DNA of 32,000 nt from Wolbachia endosymbiont of Cantharis cryptica (GCF_964277405.1 NZ_OZ195521.1:914434-946433), one strand, 5' to 3'; counted from the first letter of the stretch, positions 1 through 7,984 are shown. Numbers and translations are program-made. The notes: generated by a model not told the origin, from the letters alone.

Positions 1-93
1 AAAAAATTAGTTGGAGTGACCTTACCCAGAAAAAGTAGAGAGGAAGTTAAGCCATTTTTGAAGTAAAATAAAACATGATTATGAGGGCTTATT

Positions 94-357
94 ATGGTAA
101 AGAACAGAAAAAATTACACAGTGGAATTTAAATTAGAGGCAATAAAGTTGGTAAAGGAAACGGGGCAGTCAGCAAGCAAAATAGCTAAAGATTTAGGAAT
201 AGATAACAGTACACTAAGTGACTGGATAAAAAAATATAACGAAAAAGGATCAATAGAAGAAGCATTTCCTGGTAAGGGAAAGTTGGCACCATGTGATAAA
301 GAAAAGTTTGAATTAAAGAAAGAACTAACAAGAGTTACTAGAGAAAGAGACATTTAA
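94..357 (+). CDS. IS3 transposase OrfA (helix-turn-helix part)
   Basis: 87-aa ORF MVKNRKNYTVEFKLEAIKLVKETGQS... has a typical IS3 OrfA N-terminus. It ends at TAA 355-357, directly before an A8 run. Confidence 0.85.
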   Translation: MVKNRKNYTVEFKLEAIKLVKETGQSASKIAKDLGIDNSTLSDWIKKYNEKGSIEEAFPGKGKLAPCDKEKFELKKELTRVTRERDI

Positions 358-363
358 AAAAAA
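356..363 (+). promoter_or_regulatory. A8 run at the orfA/orfB junction, the expected -1 slippage site of IS3 elements
   Basis: catttAAAAAAAAgcc. The orfB frame is -1 relative to orfA and is open from 354. The orfA stop codon lies at the 5' edge of the run (see findings). Confidence 0.4.
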
Positions 364-455
364 GCCCTGGGATATTTTGCAAGTCACAAAGAGTAAAATA
401 TTTATTTATCAAAAAGCATGGAAACTACTATAAAGTACAGGAGTTATGCAGGATT

Positions 456-1250
456 TTGAAAGTATCTGCTAGCGGCTACTACAAATGGACTAGTAAGAAG
501 AAAAGCAGCAAAGAATTAACAAGGGAGCAGCTTCTAGCAGACATTCAAAAAATATACCAAGCATCTAATTGTAGATATGGGGCACCTAAGATTCATGCTG
601 AACTAAAGGCTTTAGGTAAAAATTGCAACATCAAAACAGTGCAGGATATCATGCAAAAAAATGGTATTCAAGCTAGACTGAGGCGAAGATTCAAAAGCAA
701 AAAACAGCAGACTGACAATAGGGTTATAACTCCCAATATATTGGACCAAAACTTTACTACTAGTCAGCCAAATAAAGTATGGGTAACTGATATTACATAC
801 ATAAAAACTAAGGATGGATGGCTATATTTGGCAGCAATAATTGATCTATATTCACGTATGGTAGTTGGCTGGTCAATGAGTAGTACAATAACTAAGCGAT
901 TAGTTATAGATGCTTTATTGATGGCTGTTGATAAGCGCAAACCAGCCAAAGATCTGCTATTTCATAGTGATCAAGGTTCACAATATACCTCTAAAAATTA
1001 TCAGTTTTTGCTGAACACAAAAAACATCATTTCCAGCATGAGTCACACAGGCTGTTGTTATGACAACTCTGTTGTTGAAAGCTTTTTCAGCTCACTCAAA
1101 CGGGAGCTTCTTATTGATACTTCGCAACACTCTGCTCAGCAAACTAGAACTGCTATATTTGAGTACATAGAAATTTTTTATAACAAACAGCGTAGACATT
1201 CTACTATTAATTATTGCATTCCTGAGAAATTTGATTCATCATTTTCATAA
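456..1250 (+). CDS. IS3 transposase OrfB (DDE / RNase-H-like catalytic core)
   Basis: 264-aa ORF; the ORF track starts it at TTG 456, and the frame is open from 354. It contains WVTDITYI, HSDQGSQYTS and YDNSVVESFF, the D, D, E contexts of IS3-type integrase cores. Confidence 0.85.
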   Translation: MKVSASGYYKWTSKKKSSKELTREQLLADIQKIYQASNCRYGAPKIHAELKALGKNCNIKTVQDIMQKNGIQARLRRRFKSKKQQTDNRVITPNILDQNFTTSQPNKVWVTDITYIKTKDGWLYLAAIIDLYSRMVVGWSMSSTITKRLVIDALLMAVDKRKPAKDLLFHSDQGSQYTSKNYQFLLNTKNIISSMSHTGCCYDNSVVESFFSSLKRELLIDTSQHSAQQTRTAIFEYIEIFYNKQRRHSTINYCIPEKFDSSFS

Positions 1251-1294
1251 TAAAAATGGCTTAACTTCCTCTCTACTTTTTCTGGGTAAGGTCA

Positions 1295-1549
1295 ATAGGT
1301 TTCCATTATTAACTCTTGCCTGATTTCTTCCAGGTACTTTTCCGCTCCCTCTTCTTCGATCTTTTCAAATGTGATGCCGTCTATTCCTGCTGCACCTCCA
1401 TTCTTTTTGGCTATTTCATAGGATATCTTCAGCGTTTCCGGTTTACATACATGTACGTATATTCCCCAAAATCGCCATTGTTTTTCGGCCTTCGCTTTTG
1501 CGTATATTCTCCTCCTTAGTTCCTGCAGTTTTATGGATTCTTTTATCAT
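1295..1549 (-). pseudogene. Group II intron reverse transcriptase/maturase, N-terminal 85 codons only
   Basis: MIKESIKLQELRRRIYAKAKAEKQWRFWGIYVHVCKPETLKISYEIAKKNGGAAGIDGITFEKIEE... matches the conserved N-terminal RT block of bacterial group II intron proteins (RF..iY......L..A...v..N.GaaGiDG.t...ie). Confidence 0.8.
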
Positions 1550-2060
1550 TCTATCCTTGCCTCACTTTCGTTAGAGAAATTCTATCAGCAGGGTATCTTC
1601 GCTCTTCTGGTATTACCCAGTTTCTTTGCTACTACATACCCCTCCGCCATCTTCTCGTCTTCCATCTCTTTCCCATTTATGGTTATAAGATGTACCTTGC
1701 TCCAGTCATTTCTGCTCTGGGACGAGGAAGACTTCTCCAGTTGCTTTCATTTGTCCTTGTTACCATGCTGCCACTATCACCCCGCTAAGATCCAGTACTG
1801 TTCCATTCAGCTTTCAGTACTCGATTCTGCTTTCGCTGTTCTTCCACCAGCTCAGCTCTTAGGTTCTTTGGTGTGTCGAGGCTACCTATGTGTTCGCTTT
1901 CGCTGCGGCCTGATAACTCGCTCACCACCCTATAGATGGCTTTGTCAGTAGGCTTCAACATTTCTGGTTTCCCATTATGCTGCTCTCAAGCTATAGGGGT
2001 CTGACTTTTCCCCTAGCAGGTCTGTCTCCTGCTGAACAAATGTGCCTTGTCTGGACACAC
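1295..2060 (-). mobile_element. Group II intron 5' portion (ribozyme domains plus start of the intron-encoded RT), truncated by the IS3
   Basis: The minus strand begins GTGTGTCCAGACAAGGCACA at 2060 (GUGYG-type group II 5' end). About 510 nt of comparatively GC-rich, ORF-poor sequence follow, and the RT ORF starts at 1549. The sequence ends abruptly at the IS3 right IR (1294). Confidence 0.75.
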
Positions 2061-2581
2061 AAAAGAAACACCACCTTTCTTTTGTGCTCTCTAACTCCTC
2101 TACTTTGCTTTTTGTAAATTTTGGCAACTCAATGAAGACAAATTGAAAATCTTTTAAGTAATGTCCATTGGTTTTTATGTCACGTATATTATGAGTAGAA
2201 ATATACTCAACCTCCGAAGGAAATAGCAATAAAGAAGACTTTCTTTAAATCAATGTAGTTGCCAGATTGTCTTGAGTAGGCTTTAGCAGCATACAGTTGA
2301 GCACGTTTCTCAAAGCCTTTATCACGAGCCAGTTGCATTTCAATCACAAACCTATTACCAATAGAATCTTTGCAGAGAACATCAATAATGCTCTGTTTAT
2401 CAGAGGCAATTTCAGGGTCCATGATGGTGCTTAAGAACTCTACTTCTTGTATTGCATTTACCTCAGCAAATCCTAAGATATCGTTCAAAAAGTGGATAAG
2501 GATATTCTTATTTTTTTCAGTGCCAAATATTTTTTTGAAGGTCAAATCTAGCTTTGGATCAAGAAATTTTGAAATGGCCAT
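2061..2581 (-). pseudogene. Rpn-family / PD-(D/E)XK nuclease putative transposase (YhgA-like), frameshifted and interrupted by the intron
   Basis: ORF 2207-2581 (MAISKFLDPKLDLTFKKIFGTEKNKNILIHFLNDILG...) continues in a different frame in ORF 1975-2229 (FPSEVEYISTHNIRDIKTN...FVFIELPKFTK...KERWCFF). That second frame runs up to the intron 5' end at 2060. Confidence 0.7.
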
Positions 2582-2671
2582 AGCAAGAGCGCTTAAAAAA
2601 TATTAACAATTATACACTATTATTAACAATTATTCAACCTTATTTTTGAAGATAGCTAGTTTCTGTATTTA

Positions 2672-2700
2672 CTTTTATTTGAAGAAAGCTCAAATAAAAG
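2672..2700 (-). terminator. AT-rich perfect hairpin between fmt and the Rpn pseudogene (possible fmt terminator)
   Basis: CTTTTATTTGA (2672-2682), loop AGAAAGC, TCAAATAAAAG (2690-2700); the 11-bp stem is perfect. No convincing U-tract follows on the minus strand. Confidence 0.25.
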
Positions 2701-2753
2701 ATCGTGTTTTGCTAAAAATCACAGAATGCAGTCTAACAGTGAATGGTTACTGT

Positions 2754-3662
2754 TTATTCTATAAACTTTTTTACCATGCTAAATTTTAAGCCACGAACAA
2801 AATCTTTAATACTACAAGAATTTCTTCCTTCCATTTGTACAACCTTAGGAATTAAAGTGCCGCTTTCCAAACTTATGTGCATATTATCATTAATAATCTC
2901 ACCTTGTCCTGAAGTTAAAGAAGCATCTACTTCAAAGTCAGCATCAAGTATCCTAACACGTTTATTCTCTATCTTGACAAACGCCTTGGGATAAAACGCT
3001 TTAACTTTCCTATAAGCAACTTCACAAGCATCGCTTGCATAAATTTTATAGTCTTCTATTTTGTCAGCATAGCACGCATTGTCATCGCTTTGTTCTAAGG
3101 GAACCTGTTTTTCAATTTGATTTAACACTTCCATCAGTAAATCACTACCTAGCTCAGACAATTTATCATGCAACGTTTTATAATTGTCATTTTTTTCAAT
3201 TAGAAATTTTTTCTGTTTTAAAATAGGGCCACAATCTAATTCTTCATTCAATTGCATAATGCTAACCCCAGTTTCTTGATCTCCTGCTAAAATCGCGTGC
3301 TGTATCGGAGCTGCACCACGCCATCTAGGCAGCAGTGAAGGATGAATATTAATACAACCATATTTTGGAATATTCAAAATTTCTCTTGGAAGTACCAATC
3401 CATACGCAGCAACAACTGCAACGTCTGGTTTGGAATTTCTAAATTTTTCTTGCTCTACCAAAGATTTTAGAGAAGTAGGAGTGCATACCTCTATATCATT
3501 TTCTTCAGCAATACCATGTATTGGAGATTTTGTCAGTTTTTGCCCACGCCCTGAAGGTTTTGGAGCCTTGGTATATACTGCTATTATTTCATTCTGTGAT
3601 TTCAACAGTAAGTTTAGCGCACTAACAGCAAATTCCGGTGACCCCATAAAAACAACTCTCAT
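2754..3662 (-). CDS. fmt: Methionyl-tRNA formyltransferase
   Basis: 302-aa [16 protein letters not shown]...[22 protein letters not shown]..., carrying canonical Fmt N-terminal and catalytic motifs. Confidence 0.9.
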   Translation of the reverse strand: MRVVFMGSPEFAVSALNLLLKSQNEIIAVYTKAPKPSGRGQKLTKSPIHGIAEENDIEVCTPTSLKSLVEQEKFRNSKPDVAVVAAYGLVLPREILNIPKYGCINIHPSLLPRWRGAAPIQHAILAGDQETGVSIMQLNEELDCGPILKQKKFLIEKNDNYKTLHDKLSELGSDLLMEVLNQIEKQVPLEQSDDNACYADKIEDYKIYASDACEVAYRKVKAFYPKAFVKIENKRVRILDADFEVDASLTSGQGEIINDNMHISLESGTLIPKVVQMEGRNSCSIKDFVRGLKFSMVKKFIE

Positions 3663-3689
3663 GCTGCTAAATGTTTTTGCCTGAGGAAA

Positions 3690-4055
3690 TCAAGAATTCT
3701 CTGCTAATTTACCACTTACAGCTTCTACTAATTTGGCAAAATCATCTTTATAATTAACAGCCATTTCAGAAAGAATTTTTCTATTTAAATCAATTCCAAC
3801 AAGTGTAAGGCCATGTATAAATCTACCATAAGTAAGCCCATACTTTCTTACTGCTGCATTAATACGTATTATCCACAAACTGCGAAAATCACGCTTGCGA
3901 TTTCTTCTGTCTCTGTAAGCATATTGCAATGCTTTTTCAACCCGTTGTAATGCAATTCTATAACAACTTTTTGCACGTCCTCTGTAACCCTTTGCCAGGT
4001 TCAATATTTTTTTATGACGAGCATGAGTAGTGACTCCACGTTTTACCCGAGCCAT
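3690..4055 (-). CDS. rplT: 50S ribosomal protein L20
   Basis: [35 protein letters not shown]...; the rpmI-rplT order is conserved. Confidence 0.95.
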   Translation of the reverse strand: MARVKRGVTTHARHKKILNLAKGYRGRAKSCYRIALQRVEKALQYAYRDRRNRKRDFRSLWIIRINAAVRKYGLTYGRFIHGLTLVGIDLNRKILSEMAVNYKDDFAKLVEAVSGKLAENS

Positions 4056-4074
4056 TCTATTTTACCTCCATTTT

Positions 4075-4272
4075 TTAAATACCATAAGGCATATAAAGCT
4101 TAACTATACGCGAGTCAGATTTACCAAGAATTGTCGTACCGCGCTGATTACGAATATTAGATTTGCTCCTCTTTATCATGCCATGCCTTTTGCCTGACTG
4201 AGTAGAAATGACTTTACCCTTAGCTGTAAGGCGAAAGCGCTTTTTAACAGAAGATTTGGTTTTCAATTTCAT
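4075..4272 (-). CDS. rpmI: 50S ribosomal protein L35
   Basis: [21 protein letters not shown]...; a small basic protein directly upstream of rplT. Confidence 0.9.
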   Translation of the reverse strand: MKLKTKSSVKKRFRLTAKGKVISTQSGKRHGMIKRSKSNIRNQRGTTILGKSDSRIVKLYMPYGI

Positions 4273-4370
4273 TTTCTTTATATTCCAAACAAATTTACAA
4301 ACATTACTATCGAATTCTTTAGTAGTAATTAGTTAGTAGTATAAATAATTTTATTAAAGAATCAAATAGT

Positions 4371-4440
4371 ATGCAACCCACAAGTTGCAATATAACTATA
4401 ATATGCAACCTAAAACTGCAATACAACCTAAAATTGTATA
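4371..4440. repeat. Three tandem ~22-bp hairpin-forming units
   Basis: The units are ATGCAACCCACAAGTTGCAATA (4371-4392, containing TGCAAC/GTTGCA), ATGCAACCTAAAACTGCAATA (4403-4423) and CAACCTAAAATTGTATA (4424-4440, containing TACAA/TTGTA). Confidence 0.6.
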
Positions 4441-4499
4441 TCAAAGGAGATGATATGAATTGTTATTGCTTGGTTGGAAGCATGAGAAGATAATCACTT

Positions 4500-4670
4500 C
4501 TCAGAGTGGATAGGTGGCAGGTTGAATTTTTTTGTGAGGCCCCATTTTGCTTTATATACAATAATGGGATTAGACCTCGTAAAGGAGATTATCCGCCCCT
4601 GCCACCGGAAACCATCGTGCGGCCCATAAAATTTGGTGACCGCGTATAGGAGAATGGTCTAACCGGCAAT
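4500..4670 (+). ncRNA. Candidate IS110 bridge RNA (structured left-end leader)
   Basis: Outer stem GGTGGCAGG (4513-4521) / CCTGCCACC (4598-4606) nests GAGG (4536-4539)/CCTC (4575-4578) and CCCA (4541-4544)/TGGG (4565-4568). A second stem-loop pairs ACCAT (4611-4615)/ATGGT (4654-4658) and GCGG (4619-4622)/CCGC (4640-4643). The position upstream of the recombinase matches the IS110 group. Confidence 0.45.
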
Positions 4671-4714
4671 ATTCTACTCTGATATTTTGTAGTATTCAAT
4701 AAGAGGAAAAATTT

Positions 4715-5734
4715 ATGCGTCACATAGGTGTAGATTTACATACTAACAGTTTTACTGTTTGCTACTTAGAAACAGGAAAGCAAGAATATATTCGCACATT
4801 TCGCTTACAGGATTTGGACAATTTTGTCGAGAATCTTAAATCAGAAGATGAAATAGCTTTCGAAGCTACGGGTAACAGCTGTTTCTTTTATGATGCAGTT
4901 TCATCTTACGTTAAGCGCGTGGTGATAGTTGCACCCTGGCAATTTAAAGTGATTCGTCACTCTGTAAAGAAAACAGACAGGCATGATGCAAGAGCTATTG
5001 CTTTCTTTCTAAGCAAGGATATGTTGCCTGAAGCAAGATGTAAAAGCAAACAATGCCAGCAGTTAGCTTCTCTTCTTCGAACAAGAGAGCAGTTAGTAAA
5101 ATCACAAGTATCTCTAATTAATAAAATGCACGGTCTTTTTAATTATCATGGAATAAAAATTAAGAAGGAGACACTGATAACTAAAGCTGGATTTGAGCGT
5201 TCTATTCAAAAGCATAATTGGGACTATATAGAAAAGATAGAGATTGAAGTAATTAACTGTCAATTGGAAGCTATTCGAGAAAATCTCAAGAAGCTAAAAG
5301 AAGAAATTATTGCTTTTGCTAAACAACTTCCTGGGTTTAATAATATTATCAGTATTAAAGGTATTGGTGCAATTTCTGCAGCGGTTTTTATCACGACAAT
5401 TGGTGACATTAATGATTTTAGTAATCCTGAAAAACTTACTGCTTATTTCGGAGTTGTACCATCAGTTTCTCAATCTAATCAGCAATGTACTATTGGAAGA
5501 ATTACCAAACATGGGTCAAAAACGGCACGAACTTCTTTAGTACAGTGTACCTGGATTGCTATACGGTATAGCCCTTACTTAAGAAGTTTTTACGAGCATG
5601 TGAAAAAGAAGCGTGGTTCTGCTAAGGCTATTATTGCAACTGCTAGAAAGTTTCTAACAACAATTTTCTATACGCTTAAAAATAATTGGATTTTTGAAGA
5701 TTTCACAAAATTTGAATTTTCTATTGGACAATAA
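4715..5734 (+). CDS. IS110-family transposase (DEDD recombinase)
   Basis: 339-aa ORF MRHIGVDLHTNSFTVCYLE...FEATGNS...KTDRHDA...IKGIGAISAAVFITTIGDINDFSNPEKLTAYFGVVPSVSQSN...GRITKHGSKTAR, showing the typical IS110 N- and C-terminal domains. Confidence 0.9.
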   Translation: MRHIGVDLHTNSFTVCYLETGKQEYIRTFRLQDLDNFVENLKSEDEIAFEATGNSCFFYDAVSSYVKRVVIVAPWQFKVIRHSVKKTDRHDARAIAFFLSKDMLPEARCKSKQCQQLASLLRTREQLVKSQVSLINKMHGLFNYHGIKIKKETLITKAGFERSIQKHNWDYIEKIEIEVINCQLEAIRENLKKLKEEIIAFAKQLPGFNNIISIKGIGAISAAVFITTIGDINDFSNPEKLTAYFGVVPSVSQSNQQCTIGRITKHGSKTARTSLVQCTWIAIRYSPYLRSFYEHVKKKRGSAKAIIATARKFLTTIFYTLKNNWIFEDFTKFEFSIGQ

Positions 5735-5795
5735 TCGTGAAGGAAAATATGACACCTTAGTTTTTATAAGCTAATGAATAGACTTCTTTCAAAAT

Positions 5796-6236
5796 TCACG
5801 TAAGGAGCTCAAAATTGTGGATAGCAGCAATCAAATTAAATCTTAAACCAAAACGTTTTCGTCGGTTTCTATATCTATCGGAAATGATTTTAAACCTTTT
5901 TAATAAGCCAATTACGTTTTCAACAATTGCCCTTTGGCTCATAAGTGTTCTGTTCTCTTTTTTTTGTTCTTTGCTTAACGGATTCTTTTTCGTTTTCCTG
6001 TGAGGTAATACAACATTTTTATGTATTTTTTGCATTCCTCTGTAGCCGGCATCAGCTAAGATTTTAGTTTCCGGCAATATTGCTACCTTTGATTCCCTAA
6101 ATATCCGAAAATCGTGTTTCCTACCTTTCGAGAAAGATGTACATATTACTTTTTTACTCTTCTTCTCTGCTACTACTTGCGTTTTTATAGTATGCCTTTT
6201 TTTCTTTCCAGAGTAGAAGCATTTTTGCTTTTTTTT
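5796..6236 (-). CDS. IS5-family transposase, downstream -1 frame (DDE part), reachable by slippage in the A8 run
   Basis: The -1 frame reads ...KKKQKCFYSGKKKRHTIKTQVVVAEKK...ILADAGYRGMQKIH...RAIVENVIGLLKRFKIISDRYRNRRKRFGLRFNLIAAIHNFEL. It has no ATG of its own before MPETKIL (6077). Confidence 0.7.
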   Translation of the reverse strand, partial: KKKQKCFYSGKKKRHTIKTQVVAEKKSKKVICTSFSKGRKHDFRIFRESKVAILPETKILADAGYRGMQKIHKNVVLPHRKTKKNPLSKEQKKENRTLMSQRAIVENVIGLLKRFKIISDRYRNRRKRFGLRFNLIAAIHNFELLT

Positions 6237-6622
6237 GGCCTCTCTACTGGTGTTTCAGTTCCATCTATTACCAAAACTTCATATTCTACATTACCCTTTA
6301 ATAGCTCTTTTTTTCCCGGTAATGAAAAATCTGGATGTTTTATTAGCGTGTCTTCTACCCATCTTATTATTTTGAAACAGTTACTTTCACTCATGCCATA
6401 ACTTTGACCAATGTGGAAATACGTTCGATATTCCCTCATATATTCTAATGCCATAAGCAACCTATCTTCTACGCAAAGTTTGCTTTTTCTTCCACTTCTA
6501 GCTTTTTTTCTTTTATCCTCCTCATCCAAAATTTCCACCATTCGCTTAAATGTTCCCTTTTTTTCCCCTGTTAAGCGCCTAAATTTCTTTCCTTCCAACT
6601 TTTCTATTTCTTTATATCTCAT
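6185..6622 (-). CDS. IS5-family transposase, upstream frame (OrfA)
   Basis: MRYKEIEKLEGKKFRRLTGEKKGTFKRMVEILDEE...LVIDGTETPVERPKK...; A8 and A7 runs lie near its 3' end. Confidence 0.8.
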   Translation of the reverse strand: MRYKEIEKLEGKKFRRLTGEKKGTFKRMVEILDEEDKRKKARSGRKSKLCVEDRLLMALEYMREYRTYFHIGQSYGMSESNCFKIIRWVEDTLIKHPDFSLPGKKELLKGNVEYEVLVIDGTETPVERPKKSKNASTLERKKGIL

Positions 6623-6685
6623 ACCTTAAAATATCTGATTTTATACTTCTTTTCCCTTGTTTGCCAATTTTGAAAGAAGTCTAAT

Positions 6686-6741
6686 ATGTGCATAAGTACT
6701 TAAAATATGTGGGGACGTACTTACACACATATTCATTAGCT
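6686..6741. repeat. Long palindrome whose left arm was split by the IS5 insertion
   Basis: The right arm is GTACTTACACACATATTCATTAGCT (6717-6741). The left arm is AGCTAATGAAT (5769-5779) plus ATGTGCATAAGTAC (6686-6699). Once the IS and one AAT copy are removed, 23 of 25 positions pair. Confidence 0.7.
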
Positions 6742-6963
6742 ACATTAATTTAAAAAAGATTAATTAAAAGCTTAGTGTTTTTGTTGCCGATGAAACAACT
6801 TTTGATTGAATCAGATGGCATAGTAATAAATAAAAAATTGTATTAAAGCTGAATTTTATATCAGAAAATGTTTTGGGTAATACAAAAAATCATTATTGAC
6901 TTTTATGCAATTAGAGAACTGCTAGTCAATTCCTGACAACTACTTTTTATAACTTAAAAACAA

Positions 6964-7016
6964 CTGAATTTTTGAAGATTTTACAAAAATTTGAATTTTT
7001 TACTAGACAACAATCA
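6964..7016 (+). mobile_element. Remnant of the 3' end of a second IS110 copy
   Basis: CTGAATTTTTGAAGATTTTACAAAAATTTGAATTTTTTACTAGACAACAATCA is about 80% identical to 5690-5737, the last codons of the intact IS110 transposase (NWIFEDFTKFEFSIGQ). Confidence 0.5.
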
Positions 7017-7475
7017 TAGGAGCTTAAATGTAATTACGCCCAATATATGTGTTATACCTTCTTTATTCCCAAGTGGCAACAATACTTGCCTCATTTTAAC
7101 ACTTTCACTTTCTTCCTCTTCATGAATCGGGCACTTACTATCTACTACAGCATCAAGTTTATCAATAACTGCATCTATTTTATATAGTCGCAAAAATGGT
7201 GCATCAATTGCATATTTACTATCAATGCACATTTTTTTCTCAAAACCATAGAATTCAACAGCCTTTTCTCCTGCATTTTCACAAACATAACCCTGATCCT
7301 TGACTTCAATGACAAAACAGTGCTGCCATGACTCCATTATTTCAGCAGTGTCTATTTCGTGTCTTTCTGGCCAGTCTCTGTCTGATCCTTTTATGTCACT
7401 CCAGTGCTGAGTCACTACATTTGCTATTCTTCTTTCTTTGCCTGCATAAATTTCCATTCCAACGTCCACATACAA
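7014..7475 (-). CDS. Conserved hypothetical protein, probably a PAS-fold (PAS_5-like) protein of alphaproteobacteria
   Basis: The 153-aa ORF shows the pattern HWSDIKG..DWPERHEID.AEIM....HCFVIEV....YVCENAG.KAVEFYG...MRQVLLPLGNKEGITHILGVITF. From memory this resembles the alphaproteobacterial PAS_5 family. No HMM search was run. Confidence 0.45.
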   Translation of the reverse strand: MYVDVGMEIYAGKERRIANVVTQHWSDIKGSDRDWPERHEIDTAEIMESWQHCFVIEVKDQGYVCENAGEKAVEFYGFEKKMCIDSKYAIDAPFLRLYKIDAVIDKLDAVVDSKCPIHEEEESESVKMRQVLLPLGNKEGITHILGVITFKLL

Positions 7476-7648
7476 AACATAGATATAAGCTGAATTTACT
7501 GTGAATGTATTGATTTTTTCTTAACCGCAAGGCGCATATTACGAGAATTCCCACACTGCTTTTCTTGATACAAATACTTTTTTAACCATTCCTTAACGTG
7601 AGTTTACACTTTCTTGCCCAGCTATGTGTAATATATATTCGCACATGC

Positions 7649-7984
7649 TTATGATTGTTCGTTGCTGTTCTCGTTGTTTATTTTACTAATTAAATAGTCT
7701 CTTAAGTTGGTAAGTTCTTGCAAAAAATCCTTTGAATCACGATTGATTTTTATATCATTATCAAATTCTTTTTGTACTCCTTTTATTGTATACCCTTTAT
7801 CATATAGCATGTATTTTACTTTCTTTATGGCCTCTATACACTTATGATCATATAGCCTTCTTCCTTTGCGCTTTGTAGGTTTAATTTGATGAAATTGACT
7901 CTCCCAAAATCTTAAAACATGCCGTTGTAAATGTAGCTCTTTAGCTACTTCTCCAATTGTGTGGAATAATTTTTCCTTATTCAT
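7649..7984 (-). CDS. MerR-family transcriptional regulator
   Basis: [64 protein letters not shown] is a MerR HTH domain. The ORF overlaps the ihfA stop by 4 nt. Confidence 0.8.
   Translation of the reverse strand: MNKEKLFHTIGEVAKELHLQRHVLRFWESQFHQIKPTKRKGRRLYDHKCIEAIKKVKYMLYDKGYTIKGVQKEFDNDIKINRDSKDFLQELTNLRDYLISKINNENSNEQS

Larger units (their letters stand above)
17..1294 (+). mobile_element. IS3-family insertion sequence with both ends intact (1278 bp)
   Basis: Perfect 43-bp terminal inverted repeats enclose an orfA/orfB pair: 17-59 TGACCTTACCCAGAAAAAGTAGAGAGGAAGTTAAGCCATTTTT, and its reverse complement at 1252-1294. Confidence 0.9.
4441..5745 (+). mobile_element. IS110-family element (exact ends not determinable from one copy)
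   Basis: An IS110-type transposase ORF is preceded by a ~270-nt structured, GC-enriched non-coding leader. IS110 elements lack classical IRs, so the boundaries given are approximate. Confidence 0.6.
5780..6682 (-). mobile_element. IS5-family insertion sequence (small IS1031-like type, 903 bp) with target duplication
   Basis: Terminal IRs are AGACTTCTTTCAAAATT (5780-5796) and AATTTTGAAAGAAGTCT (6666-6682). They are flanked by the direct repeat AAT (5777-5779 and 6683-6685). The transposase lies on the minus strand in two frames. Confidence 0.85.

Noticed and set aside
1316-1951. Three plus-strand ORFs (1316-1519, 1498-1788, 1679-1951; 67-96 aa)
   Set aside because: They lie antisense to the group II intron RT start and ribozyme region. 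Their composition is low-complexity and Cys/Leu/Phe-rich, and they have no start context. They are artefacts of the GC-richer structured RNA sequence.
2601-2633. 13-bp direct repeat TATTAACAATTAT at 2601 and 2621, upstream of the Rpn pseudogene
   Set aside because: It is a short, purely A/T repeat in an AT-rich spacer next to a dead gene. Evidence is insufficient to call it an operator or promoter element.
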